DNA of 64,000 nucleotides from assembly GCF_001194135.2 (NCBI RefSeq), contig NC_068992.1, positions 46,434,454 through 46,498,453 on the forward strand, in the 5' to 3' direction. Position 1 is the first letter of the stretch; the number at the start of each line of letters is the position of its first letter. Below are positions 13,178-26,819 of this stretch, in pieces. The notes below the pieces were generated by a model that saw nothing but the letters and a program-made list of their open reading frames with translations, made no database searches and was not told the DNA's origin. This stretch comes from Octopus bimaculoides (lineage: Eukaryota). The translations under genes were made by a program, and so were the position numbers.

Positions 13178-14419
13178 TCGAGCTGTGTGTTAACAACAAT
13201 AAAACAAACTCAAAATAAAGAATGCTGAAGGAAAGAAGATGAAATAAAAGGAGATTTGTTGTTAAAAAAATATATACAAAGAGAGAGACAGCGGAAGGTT
13301 GTAAGCGTGAAAGTGATTGTTATCGATGATTCCTAGTAACGGTCAGTGAATAGTTTCAGTGGTGTGTCTGCTGAGTTACTTTTATTGATGAGACATCACA
13401 AAGATCAAATGATCACCGTGAAATTAGACTATCGACGAGCATACGTGAGAGATGGAAGGAAATAAGTGTTATAGACTCAGGTTGCTAACGTATCAATGAA
13501 GAAAACTATATTGTAAATGACTTAGATAGAGATGTCTAAAAGGGACGAAGAATGAAGCGTTACTAATATCGTCTAGTACTTGGAATAATACAAGAGTTCT
13601 TATACCAAGAAAATATTATTCTTATAGAATTTAATGATGAATATTGATAGACAGTAAGGGGATTCCTTAACTGTAAGATGTAAAATGCAATAACATATCC
13701 GGTATTTTTGAAAGCCGACATAATGGCGTATGGCTTTAATAGTTAACTTCGCCAAATTCGATTATTATTTGCAGAATTAAATTAGATACATCTCGGAATG
13801 TCACCAAAATCTAATTTTAAATTGAAGATAATCACTATATAGATGACCAATGCCACATAATTTCAGTACAAATCCTTCTTATTTAATTACCAACTCATTC
13901 AATATAAAAGCCTGTTAGAATTATTTAATATTTTTCCTTTTCTTCAAAGATGAACAAATAGGAAAAAGAAAGAAAAGACAAAGAATGAAAGAATTAGAAT
14001 GTGTAAGAATTTGGACTTTTTGTAGTTAGAGTGATGTAATTATACACATTGGCAGTGGTGAGTCTGTCTATAAGAATACCTTCATGGGATGGAACTAACA
14101 ACAAATTTACTATCCACAGAGAGATACCATCTCTCATTTCAAAGTTGAGAAACATAAGCTAACAGGAAATTGATTAATTCGTAGGAAATATAAAACTGAA
14201 TGATTTGTTGTTAAATGTATTTCTTTTGGTTGTTGTTTAACTCTCACCCAGCCTTGACTTGTAGAAGTAAAATCGGAGGTGTTCCATATCATTATTTTAA
14301 AATGTACTCTGTATAAGTTTATATTAATTTCTTACATTAATTTCTTATTTAATGAGATGATGTTGGTAATTTGACTGTTATTTCTAGCAGATCTAGTTCC
14401 TTAGTTCATGAAATTTATT

Positions 14420-14870
14420 TAACCCAGTGGTTAATGACACGAGCTGTAACGATAGAAGTTCCAGTTACGATCAACACAGTATTTCATTGTATAATATTTC
14501 AAGAAAATAAATTACACTGTGTAAACTTTATTTGTCTTTGATCTGTATGAGTTATTCCCTGTTTGCTTCTATCTATCTCTGAAAAGACATGACTACTATT
14601 CCCTTGAAACTTTGCTTCTGTGACCTGGATATCAACGTTTTGAAACTGACCTACTTTCTATTACATTGCAAACAGATTCAACGCAGAGTTGCTGAAGTTG
14701 AATCATCGCTATAGCAAATATTCTGCTGAATACCACAGATCTCCTTGTCGGTTGCCTATATTAACCTCTTTGGTATGTCCTTTATGGCTGGCAATATGCG
14801 CATCTCTGATAATGAGCAGGAGTAGTGGAGCAACAATTTAGCCATGTTTTGAGAAAGAAAATTAATTTGG
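14420..14870 (+). mobile_element. Long SINE (tRNA-like head plus conserved body), degenerate
   Basis: Head 'cagtggttaatgacacgagc...gaagttccagttacgatc'. The body 'gcatctctgataatgagcaggagtagtggagc' is recalled from cephalopod SINEs and was not verified by search. Confidence 0.55.
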
Positions 14871-15910
14871 AGGTAACGTTAGTCATTTTTCATACTTTCT
14901 AAAGGTAAGTAAATAGAATATAGTAGTTGCTACCCAAGGGCAAAAGTCGTGTTACACAGTGTGACAAGCATGATGTACCACCAAGTCTTGTTTATTATTT
15001 AACTATTTATTAATTGTATTTAGTATTGTCTTTAGTATTATTTTGACTTCACACTTTTTACTCCATATATATTTCCAGTTCCATTTTTTCCATGGTCTTA
15101 TATACTGATATTGTGATTTATTTTCTCTCATTTTTAAATGTGTCTTCAGTGTTTGCTTAATCTCACCAGTTACATCTATCTGAATAGTCCCCTATTGTGG
15201 CCATTTACAGTATTTTTAAAAGATCAGTAGCTACCTTGTTGCAACTTATTTTGCTCTGTACCGGAGCTACGAAGAAACCAAATTTGGTAGTTCTTCAGTA
15301 TTTCTACCACTTAAATTTTGAATGTGATGACTCAAAAGAAATAAATATCTGAAAAACATAGAAATCCTCCCACAGAAATGATTTTGAAAATTCTGACTGC
15401 TGAAGGTTTTGTCTTGTAAATATTTACTGATTTTCCATATTAAATGTCTTACTACATTTACAACACATTATGTTTCCAAATTTATCTTCGTTCTTCCCGT
15501 TTCCACCCGTTTTCTCATCCATTCTTTTATTGTTCTTTGTTTCTTTCTCTTTTCTTTCGTTCTTCATGGCTCAATATTTTCCTAATTTGTTTCCTTATTT
15601 GCTTGTACCCTTTTCTCTTTTCTCTCTTTTGCTTTGCATCTTTACTGAATTTCTTTTCTGCTTCTCTTGCTTGTTCGTTTTCTTATTGTCTTTCTTTCTT
15701 TCACTCTTTTTTCCTACTTAATCTCTTCCCCTTCTACTTCTCCTACAATATAGATGCGATAAAATTGCCGATAATTCACAGATACCTCAATCAGTTAATT
15801 AGTTAGCCGTATCTATGCTATTGCACACACAAACATAAAACGAGAAAAATTATCTCTTAAAGAAGATATTCCTTTGCAGGTTTGACCTTGATGTTTTCAA
15901 TTAGTAATCG

Positions 15911-16232
15911 AAAGATTGGCTTCGTACAAGAAATAAGTCTGAAATGTTTTCTCTAGCCTTTTGTACCAAGTCAGATTATGGCTTCAAATATCCATTGCTT
16001 GCATTTATTCAATTGACACAATATACCATCTATGGTATTGTCTTCATCTAAGAATTATGAAAATATCAGAAGCTAAAGCTGCTAGGCTATTGAATTCCGG
16101 GGAATTCATCATTAATTTGGTTGGTGATTTCAATACATAATTTGTTCTGCTAGTAATAGGAGAAGGCATGGATGGTTGCCAGGCGAATACAGTTATGCTG
16201 AGAACTTACAAGTAGTCTAACAGAATTGTAGT
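15911..16232 (+). pseudogene. Partial inverted paralogue of the decayed ORF at 18719-19678
   Basis: Aligns by eye with the reverse complement of 18719-19072; translates ..EMFSLAFCTKSDYGFKYPLLAFIQLTQY.. and ..EFIINLVGDFNT.. Confidence 0.65.
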
Positions 16233-16574
16233 CGACACTTCTTCAATGGTAGATTGTTGAGCGAAGTTCTTCCTCTTCAGACATGAATATTCGGGTATCT
16301 GTAATGATTTACGTATCTAAATTTGATTAGCGCATATACGTACATCACCGCATACCCCACAAACAGACGCACGTGCTTGCACAAAAACGAACACACATCA
16401 GCATAAGGTAATATACTTACAGCAATGCAAAATAATATGCAGAAGGTTGCGAGTGACATATTTCTTTCCACTAAGCGAAACGAATCAACCAATGAAAATC
16501 TAGTTAATATGAGCGTATGTAAGTATGTATGTATGTATGGATGGATGGATGGATGGATGGATGGATGGATGCCA

Positions 16575-17830
16575 TTGTTCAGTTTTATTTCAAGATTTCT
16601 GGCTAGTAGAGAAAGAACCGGTTTCTAACCTAGATCTAAGGCTCATTCATTTGAATTTCAACATCAACAACATGGTATTTTTTTTGTTTGTGCGCATCTG
16701 TTTGTGCAGATTTGTAAGTCTTGCTTCATATATATATATTCTTATGCATATAGTTGCATATCTAGACATGCTCATATATATTTAAATGATAAACCACAGG
16801 AAAGTTTTACAAATTTCTACAGTTCCAGTGATGGATTGGCCCTGTAGTTTCTAAGTAGCTTTATCCTTTCTGATCTTGTGAAGACTAATTTCTCAAGATT
16901 GGTATTTAGGCAATGTGTTACATATTCCAGGGCTTCAATAATTACAGGTATATACCTGAACTTGTAATCTGGATAGAATAACTGCAGATTTCTCAATATT
17001 CTGAGTAGGTATTCTCTTTTTCACTGAACTTCAGCTTTATGTTAACATCCGTGCTGCGCAGCTAATTTTCCCAATTGTACAGTTTCTCTTCTCTATCCAA
17101 AATACTTATATCAGGTCTATTGTGCTTACATTTTATTGAGGTCCGCACTGGCACATTCCTCTAATAATCCTTTTTAATATGAGTGGATGTGGCTTCTACC
17201 ATACTGTGGTTCTTATTTTTCTGTGCTCAGGGTTATCCTTCCCAGGGATTTCATTATAGAATGTCCTAGCTACAACATCATGTCTCATCGGTAGATATTA
17301 CCGTGATGATATTTTTGGACAACTGCTTATGATGTGGGTGATATGTTCGGTGTTACTACCACAAAGCCCGCATCAGTTTTCACGTTTTACTGCATTTCCC
17401 GCATCGCTATCCCTTTTCTGCATCGGGTACTTGGCTGATATTTCCTGTTCCTGGATTGCAAACGCATACCCTTCAAAGTGGGAGGTAGTAATCCGGCTAT
17501 TGGGCCATGATAGAAAACGCTTTGATGATCAATGTTACTCTCATCTCGGAGCTTTCTACTAATATATCCATGCATAGACTTCTGTTCAACTAGGCTCATC
17601 ATTTTATCTGATGATACGTTGCGGTAGAGTCATGCAACTTCTTTGGGCATGTATTCGTGGTTAACAGACAAAGAATGTTGCTCAAGGAGTTGCCTTCCAA
17701 GTCTCAGGATCTTATCAGTCTCATATATGCAAACTTGGTCAAGGGATGCACTTTGACACTTGGTGGTTAAAAGATGTTGCCAAAGGGATATGATACGATA
17801 TTCAAAGGCATTTTGGATCGATGTTAAGCC
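16575..17830 (-). mobile_element. R2-superfamily (RLE-type) LINE, 3' portion: CCHC knuckle, endonuclease and 3'UTR
   Basis: Translation SHFEGYAFAIQEQEI...CGLCGSNTEHITHIISSCPK..YLPMRHDVVA...KCKHNRPDI...YIPVII...ITGTVEICKTFL, with frameshifts and stops. Confidence 0.88.
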
Positions 17831-18297
17831 TCTGCCCCTCGTTTTCGTTTTAGGTAGTGGGGGTCTACGTCACTGTTTATGTGCAAATTATATGTGCTTG
17901 TTCATATTTTTTGGGTTTTCATATCAATGGCTCGGATCTCATTAAGCATCCAGTCAAACAGCCCAAATGTTGGTATGTATGTATGTATGTATGTATGTAT
18001 GTATTTACGTATGTATGTAGGCTTATATGTATTTCACAGTCAACAGATCAATGCAAACGAATACGTTAAAGAATTGAAATTGTTCTAATATGTTTACAAA
18101 ACTGATACAATATTTGCATGACAACATGAAGTGAAGGTGGGAGTGTACTTTAATAGTAATTTATCGAACATTTTCCCAGTTGAATGTGGATTAGATAAAC
18201 GATACCTAGGACAAAGGTTATTTGCACTTTACCTTACGTACCGCAACAAACATGGCAACATTCATGGTAACACTAAAGGAATTTAGATGAGATTTTG

Positions 18298-18360
<63 letters not shown>

Positions 18361-18718
18361 ATACACACACACACATATATATATATATATGTATGTATGT
18401 GTGTATGTATGTATGTATATATGGATTCAATTCCAGTTATTCTTTGCTTTGCTTTAATTATAGTTTGTCTGTGGGTGTATGTATATATATTTTGTGTATA
18501 TGAGTGTCTTTGATTGTGTGTGTAGGTGTGCATGCATGCGCACGATTGTTCGTGCGTGTCTGTATGTTTTTGTGGGTGGGTGTGTGCATGTAGATGGATT
18601 ACCCGTATTCTAAGGAGCAGTTTCGCTGATCTTTGTCGATGTCCGCTACTTAATGACTGGAAAGTAAGAAATTCGCGTAATAATCAAACACGGATGGATT
18701 ATTACGCGAATAACGATT

Positions 18719-19678
18719 ACTACAATTTTGTTAAACTACTTGTAAGATTCCAGCATAATGACTGTATTCGCCGGTAACAATCTAAGCCTTTCCTATTATT
18801 ACGAGAACGAATTTTGTATTGAAATCACCAGCGAAATTAATGATGAGTTCCTATGAATTCAACATTCATAATCAGTTTTCAATAACCTAGGAAATTTAGC
18901 TTCTGATATTTTCATAATTATTAGAATATCTAAGCAAGAAGATAATACTATAGTTATTATATTGCGTCAACAGAGTTAATGCAAGCAACGTATGTTTGAA
19001 GCCATAATCTCACTTTGTACAAATGATTAGAGAAAACATTTCAAACTCATTCCTAGAAGGAAACCCATATTTACCTTAGAATTCTTTTAATTGTCTCAGT
19101 AAGAGACTGACTCTTCCTGTGGCATCCCTCATTAAAGGTTTGGTTGAAGAAATCACCCCTGGGTAATTATTCTTTTCTTCATAGTGCACTACATATTCTA
19201 TCGTGGACTTAATTACAAAATTTACTCTGTTAGATAGAAATATATTCAATTTCTTAAGAGAATTTCTTTAGTTACAGATATCAGATAAAACGAATTTTAC
19301 ATTTGGATGAAACGATTGTATACATTTCGTTGTCAGTGGCAGTTTACATAGTTTTCGTCGGCGGTCAGCCGTGAGTTTCCAACTCATACCGCTGTGATTA
19401 CGTGTCACGGAATTTACCATTAAGCTAATCGGCACAGCGACAAATTCTTCTGCAATTTTAGGATGTATAAATCTAGCATTATAAGACGCTATCTTGCGTT
19501 AAAAGTCAACAAAGTTTGCTTTAGAAGTGTTGAGATGTATTGAAAGATACAGTAAGGAAATAATTTTCTTCTCAAACGCAGTATAATGCTCGTACTATAG
19601 CATGGACGGGATAACCTATGCATATTTTGCAGGAAAATCTGTAGGCGGCCAGAGACTCGAACTCACATCCTTGTGTGT
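18719..19678 (-). pseudogene. Decayed reading frame of unknown family
   Basis: About 260 codons in one frame (19678 to about 18895) with 6 internal stops and no frameshift by manual translation; the 3' part is conserved in the copy at 15911-16232. Confidence 0.5.
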
Positions 19679-19705
19679 CGGTATATATATATATATATAT
19701 ATATG

Positions 19706-20063
19706 TATTCTTCTACTATTCTACTTGTACTAACGGCCCTTTTTGCCGAACCACTAATTTACGGTGATAGAAATACACCAGCATCGATTGTTAAGCAATG
19801 ATGGGGTGGGGGACAGAAACACACACACACACAATTATATATATATATATATATATATATANNNNNNNNNNATATATATATATATATATATATATATATT
19901 CGACAGGCTTCTTCCAGTTTCCGCGTACCAAATCTACTTGCAAGGGCTTCGTCGACCCGAGGCTCTAGTAGAAGACACTTGCCCAATGTGCCATGCAGTG
20001 GCAATGAACGCGGAACAAGCGTGTAGAAAGCAAGCTTTTTACCACACAGTCACTCCAGCGCCC
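19706..20063 (-). mobile_element. Major tRNA-derived SINE with internal (CA)/(TA) microsatellite
   Basis: Same architecture as 48074-48484 and 52688-53148 ('tagtagaagacacttgcccaa', 'ccgaaccactaatttacgg'). Confidence 0.85.
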
Positions 20064-20100
20064 ACACAAACACAGACACATACACACACACGCACGCACG

Positions 20101-20154
<54 letters not shown>

Positions 20155-20724
20155 AGACTCCTGGTATTCTAGAGATGAAGAGAGAGTCAGCATAAGTTGT
20201 GCCAGTATTTATGACGATAATTATGGTGACTCTTATGACTATGGTGAATATGGTGTTACTGTTGGTATTGATATTGTAGGTGTTGCTGGTGACGATTGAG
20301 GCATTGTCGTTCATGGTGATGGTAATAATGCTGATGATGATGATGATACAGATGGTAATGGAGATGATAGTGGTGAAGCTGCTGATTATAATACTCGTGA
20401 TGCTGCTGGGGATTGTGGTGCAGATGCTAATACGTTCTTGACATTTCATTATATATTTCTTCAGATGTGATTTCTCAAAAATTCCCCGTTCAGCGAAATT
20501 CCATTTTATTTACTTTTTATCATGCTTTTTCTTTTCTTGTATGCAACTTCCCCTTTGTTTTTCTTTGCTTTCTTGTAGCTTTTTTTTTATTGTAATGTTT
20601 TTAGCGTTGAAATCTTTAATGTTATTTTTCTTGTCGGTGACGCCGCTGTCGTTGTTCTTGTCGTTCTTGTTGTTGCTGTTGTTGAAATTGTATTGCAGGC
20701 TTCAACATCAATAAAGTCACTTTT

Positions 20725-20767
<43 letters not shown>

Positions 20768-21030
20768 TAGAGAGAGAGAGAGGAGAGTGAGAGAGAGAGA
20801 GAGAAGAGAGAGTAAGACAGAAGAGAGAGAGTAAGACAGAAGAGAGAGTAAGACAGAAGAGACAGTAAGAGAGGGGGGCAGAGAAGAGAGAGCTAGAGAA
20901 GAGAAAGTTAGAGAGTGAGAGAGTGAATGTGACAAAAAGTGAGTAAGAGAAAAAGAGAGAAGGAGAGAGAGAGAGAGAGATAGAGAGAGAGAGAAAGAGA
21001 GACAGAGAGAGTTAATAGTAGAATGAGAAA
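20725..21030. repeat. (GA)n-rich tract with 3-4 copies of an ~18-bp unit (agagagtaagacagaag)
   Basis: Direct. Confidence 0.9.
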
Positions 21031-21689
21031 GAAAGATTAAAAGACATTTGAACATGAGACTAAAAGCTACCTGAAGCTCATAGTTACAGTAAAATCAAAA
21101 AGTTTGCTAGTGTTAATACACTCGCAAATATCAGAGTTCGTTCATTTGAAGAATATATCCCCAAGTTTGTTAGGGAGCACAAAGGTTCAAGGATTGACAA
21201 CGTCTTTCAATAATCCAATTCTTCCTTGAACCATTGCATTTGATCCATATTTGATGTTAGATTTCTTTGGAAAATACGTGTAAGATATTAATGTGAAAAT
21301 ATCAGCGTTATATGAGACTTAGTGTTAAATGCAAGCTATAGTTTTAACTCTTTACGCGAAATTACGAATAATTTATTTCTTTACGAAATATTAGATGAAA
21401 CGTAATGAAATATAGGAAAACAATAGAAACACTAATTTAAACTCTTTGAGTAAAATAAGTCTGAGGATTACTAAGTGCGTAACATCGTTCATAGAAGACT
21501 CCGTTAGTGCAACAGAATTATTAAGAAATAACAGTATCCAAGAGAATGACTCTGACCAAACGGTTGCTGCCTGTTACCTAATCATGTCCTTCGTTTGATC
21601 AACCCTCAAGAGTCTCCTTCAGAGTCTCTTACGTCAAAATTACTATGAAATTAAGCAAGAAATACCTTATTATACAGAATTATTTAATT

Positions 21690-22100
21690 CATGCGTTTCA
21701 TATCGTGCCAATTAATTTTCAGAATATTCATAATAGTGGGTTGGTATGCTTCTGTTATGTTTCTGGTATGCCGCCATAACCACGTTATAGATGGCCTTTT
21801 GTCAAGGGAGATTACTCATAAAGAAAGGATAAATGATTTAGTCTGGTAAATAAGTTTTCTTGTGATTATGCAGCTAGCTTTATTACTTTTTCTTTGCTTT
21901 GTACTATAGTTGGTTAATACTATGGTACTTCACAGTTTGTTATGTTTATGTAGAGTTTCTCATGTATCAGCTTGACCTTGAATGCCGATATTCTAGTCAA
22001 TGGTTACTTCTTTTACTTTCTTCTATCGGAGCCTATTTCAGTTGCTGCATTTTTCAGTGTTATAGATCCTTCAAGTAATACATATGCTTCTTGGGTAATA
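21690..22100 (-). mobile_element. Very degenerate RTE-like LINE fragment
   Basis: TWLWRHTRNITEAYQPTIMNILKINWHD resembles the RTE C-terminal pattern TW.LY.....L..FH...LR.IL.I.W.D. Confidence 0.35.
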
Positions 22101-22669
22101 TATTATCATTCTCGTGTTGGGTAATCTCATCCTGCTTGAGAAAATGGATGTAAGAACATTGTTGACGGCAGGCAATTTATAAACTCCTAAATATTGAGAA
22201 TTCTAGAAATTTAAAAGAATTAATGTTGTTATCTTCTCCTGCATGCTGTCAACTGTTGATTCTGGTCTGCTTACCGCTTCAATGAATGCTTCCTCATAAA
22301 CGAAGCTGACTGATTTGTTGCTTCAGCCATAAATCTGAGATCTTTTCAATCCCAGAATCTTTCAAGAAGGTTACTATTTTAATGCATCAGTGAATTCTTC
22401 ATCACCTGTGCCAGTCTATGTTTGTAGAGTTATTAAATTATTCTTATTACTCATGATCCATATTGCTTTCTTATTGTGCTGAATGCTCTCATTCTGCATT
22501 CTCTCACAGAAATTCATGGATACGTGATGATAGTGGTGTGTCCTCCACGGTTACGATTTTTTTGTTATTGTCTCAGAAACGTTCAGCTTTTTAAATACAA
22601 TTCTGTCATAAGCAACTGGTCCGACTCCATCTATTAGGTCCTTATTCATCAATGGGTTAGCAAATACAG

Positions 22670-22960
22670 TGGAGATGGACTGAACAATTAAATACGGTCA
22701 TGGAATGTTACTACATGAGCAATTCTGGAAACGAATATGGTGCAGAGACTAAGCGACCCAGCTAAAAGAATAAGAAAAGAGTGAAGCTTGAAGCTATGAA
22801 AACCCTGCTATCAGAAAAGACAACGAGAGAAATAATGAAAATGCAAATCTTACAGAATATAGAGAAACTACAGTAGAAGACAGGGTTAACATATCTGATA
22901 ACCCACAAAAGGAGCAGCATTTGCTTGTTCGCTGAGAGAACTATATTCAAGCTGGAAGAC
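22670..22960 (+). mobile_element. R4/Dong-like LINE N-terminal fragment
   Basis: RWTEQLNTVMECYYMSN...QRLSDPAKRIRK matches the R4 N-terminal pattern W......IMECYY...EQRLADQ...I. Confidence 0.55.
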
Positions 22961-23104
22961 AATGAAATGATTGGAAACCTGAGAGATGAGCTTGAATGGC
23001 ATAATTTTCAAAAGTTAATCTATTTCAAAAGCGAAAACTTTCACTTATACCGAGCTTCGTACATAGAAATATAGAGACCTCAAAATCCTGTGGAAATGAG
23101 GGAA

Positions 23105-23400
23105 CAGTCATGTGGTGTCTATGATTGAGTAAAATAGCAACCAAATCTACCCTAAATCGAAATCTGATATCCTAAGAGAGAAAAGAATCATCTGAAAGTT
23201 AATTCTACAGGGAATAGTAATTAAATCTGCCTTAAATCGAAACCTAAAAGTTATCCTAAAAGAGAAAGTATCGTTGGATAATGAAGCATTGAACACATTA
23301 TATCTAAATTAAAATATGGATTGTCCCGAGTGGACTGTCTATAAACAGAGCTGATCAATCAAAGCTGATCCGGAGCTAGACAACAATAAGAGCACCAACA
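23105..23400 (+). mobile_element. SINE-like repeat 3' body with internal duplication
   Basis: 'aaatctaccctaaatcgaaa...tcctaagagagaa' occurs twice (near 23145 and 23223); the segment ends in caacaa repeats. Confidence 0.5.
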
Positions 23401-24353
23401 ATGACATGTTAACACTCTCTAGTCCGCCCACGTGAACCAATTATAATAGTAGAAAACTAAATTGTTATTAGAATTATGAAGAATTTAAAATGGTTAAAAT
23501 GAAAGCATTGCAATGTAGTATTGAAATACATTAAAAATAATGTTCTAAAAGTTTGTGCGGTGATAGTTTCTGGTAGAGCAGCAACATCTCAACAGTGAAA
23601 TTTATTCTGATTTGTTAAAGCAACTATTATAATAAAATGTAATGGCAATGACCAACCCCACACCCACAATATCCACCAACATTACTTCCTCCATCATTAC
23701 CACTCCCATTACTATTACACCCACAACTACCAAGACAACCAGTACTTGGGTTTATTTATGGAGAAATGTTGGTAAAAGCTTCTGATGATAAAACTCTAAG
23801 AGGATGTATTAAAAATAGAAAAACAAAAAACACCCCCGATGTAATGACAATGAAAATGATACAGAGCAACAATTATTATAAAAGAAATTTGGGAATTTAT
23901 GTAAAAACTCATAACACAAAGTTCGTTGGTTGGTTCACAAATGAGTAATTAGAATTACTCTAATTAATAACCATTTCTTTGTTCTCTCGTGCTTGTTTAA
24001 TATATTTTTCTATTTCTTTGATTTATGTTCTTTTATTATAATTTCCGTTGAGTGCTTTTCAAATAACACTTTATACGGAATTGTTCTCTTGAGAGCCTTA
24101 CATAACACAAACTGTGAAACGCGATAGCAATCCCCTCAGATGGCAGCTTTAGAAATGCTGATACTTTAATGAAAAACAAATAGCGGACAAGTTTGTAATT
24201 TTTAATGTCATAGAAACACAATTTCACACACTAATACACATACGCAAGTATACACAAATGCAATCATAAATGCATACAAATAATTATAGATACAATGGCA
24301 TATACACGTACAATGTAGCATCGAATTGTGGAAAACGTTAATTGAAAAAAACT

Positions 24354-25049
24354 TTACTCATTAACAAAAATGTTTTGAAGAAATAAATCTAATATATTAA
24401 AAACGAAATTATTTAATGATTTAATAAGAACTTGAGAAAACATTTTAGTGGATGTAAAGAAATGCAAGTTGGGTAAAATATATTTGGTAGTATGAATTAA
24501 ATTTGTGATTCGAACTAATTTCTTTGGTATTTGAATTAACGTTACTGAGACATCAGTGGATAATGAGGCCAACGCACGTAACTGATCAAAGATACTTATC
24601 AAATAAAGGTATAGAAGAGGACTCAGAGATATCTAGTAGAAAGCGCAAAGTTCTAGAATCTCTGCGTTGCCTCATACAGTTTATTTCTCATCTTTCTGAT
24701 TTCTAAGTTCAACTTTTTCTACTTCTGGTTTACCGTTAGTTATCGTTGCTGCGTGTTACAGCAAAGTAGAATGGATTATCGCATAGTTAAAGCATTGCTG
24801 ACACTGGGTTACATAGTTTCATAATTTCCATGAATGAAGATTACTAAAGATATAATCGTACGCTCTGCTTCGATATCGGGAAAGATAATCGATGTTGTAG
24901 AGAAAGGTAGTGATCTGCAGAAGAGTGACGTGAAATGTAGGTGTAGCGTGGAATTCGGTTGAACAAAGTAAATTGTTCAGGCTTCTGTCAGTATATAATC
25001 GCCCAAGTGTAAGATTCATGTTTAAGATGTAGAGAAACACGAAATCCAC
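24354..25049 (-). pseudogene. Decayed reading frame of unknown family
   Basis: ORFs 24819..25049 and 24354..24602 share one frame; 232 codons with 5 internal stops and no frameshift. Confidence 0.4.
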
Positions 25050-25088
25050 ATATTTTCATATTCAAGTGTATATATACACATATATACA

Positions 25089-25124
<36 letters not shown>

Positions 25125-25125
25125 G

Positions 25126-25170
<45 letters not shown>

Positions 25171-25369
25171 TCCGCACATACTTATGTGAAAATATCAAAT
25201 CGTTATTTATTAAAGAGAGACACGTTTACATATTCATAGATGAATGCAAAGACACATTCATATAGAAATAGGAAGAGATAAATAATTTTACGTATATACA
25301 CACTCATAAATAGATACATTGATATATCTATGTGGATATAAAGTGACAAAAATTTTAGACAAATAAGGG

Positions 25370-25810
25370 CTCACGTTCTCTGTGCAATTCGTGGGGCTGA
25401 TGACTGTGCACTTGGCACTTTTCAGCGTTGACCTACATGCTGTTTTCTTCAGACAAGTTGTAGAATGCGTTCAAATTGTTCTACAGTTTTGAATTATCAG
25501 GGTTAATGAGGCTACGTTTTGGAGAGGCAACACAAACAGTAGTGGTCCCAGCAAAGTTCTTTGAGGGAATCTGCATAGAGCAGTGTAGGCTGCAACTGAC
25601 ACCTACCGTTTCAAAAGTCATACAGCCACTCTCTTAATTCTCCAGCTATATCAAGTTCACGCAATTTTTGACATATCATTTTTGATCAACTTTATCGGTA
25701 GCCTTTGAGAAGTCAAAATATACCATAATCACATATAAGCCGTAATACAATAGTAACTGTGTGAGGAAGCTCTTTACTGGACAGAAGCCACGCTGCGTGT
25801 TAGTGTAGAC
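25370..25810 (-). mobile_element. CR1-like LINE reverse transcriptase fragment
   Basis: TQRGFCPVKSFLTQLL...DFSKATDKVDQKMICQKLRELDIAGELREWLYDF...LLGPLLFV. Confidence 0.8.
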
Positions 25811-26819
25811 TTTATATGATCAATTATATATCTCCTACTCCCATTAAAAATATCTGACTGTGCTAGGATATTAGAAATTGTTACTAATACCACAATAGAA
25901 TATTGTGAGGTTATACGAATATTATATAACAGAATAACTAAGTGAATTTCTACAACTTTTCCTTCATTGGAGTTCTCAAAATACGTAACCCCGTTTTGCA
26001 TGAAGTATTGACAGATGGTAAAATGAATTTTGAAATATTAGGAAATGATGTATACACACTCGTGCGCGCACTCAAAGACACACGCACAGACATCTAATCA
26101 TGTATACACAGACAGACATAGATGCACATAAGAATATGTATATATCATATATATCATACAAATAAATACACCCACATATAAAGTGGAGAGTAAAAGTTTT
26201 CAATGATACTCAATAGCAATCTTTATCCTGAATATATATTAACAGAAAAATTTCAAGGAACTTCTCATGGCTGTTGTCATATGAAGCTGCATTCACATCA
26301 CATATCGCTGTCACTTATTCTTTCACGCTGTTACCAAGAAAAAAATCCTATGAAGTGCATATAGGTGCGTGTTTCTGTGTGAGAGTGACAATGGAATGTG
26401 TGTGTGTATGTGTGTGTGCGTGCGTATATATGCGCATATTATATTAACGTGTATATGTTTATGCATATATATTTACATACAAAGGGATACTTACCCATGT
26501 GTCTATATCTGTATCTATATCTATCTATCTATCTAGCTAGCTAGCTAGCTAGCTAACTGTTTGTCTATCTATTAAACACATATACACCTATATACTCGTG
26601 CACATACATACGGATATATATGCACGTACAGACACAGATATACGTTATTTATGATATATATATATATATATATANNNNNNNNNNNNNNNNNNNNNNNATA
26701 TATATAGGACGTCTGGCGCTTTTGCGCGCATTTGTGCATATTATAGATAATAATAACAGTAAAATAACAATGATGATAATGATGATGATGATGACCGCAT
26801 GAAAACCAGTGTTTGTTCT

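Noticed and set aside
19363-19433. tRNA-like pattern on the minus strand (TAGCTTAATGGTA; GTGA-CACGTAA-TCAC; GAG-TTGGAAA-CTC)
   Set aside because: The acceptor and D stems do not pair, and it lies inside the decayed reading frame. Not supportable as a tRNA without tRNAscan-SE.
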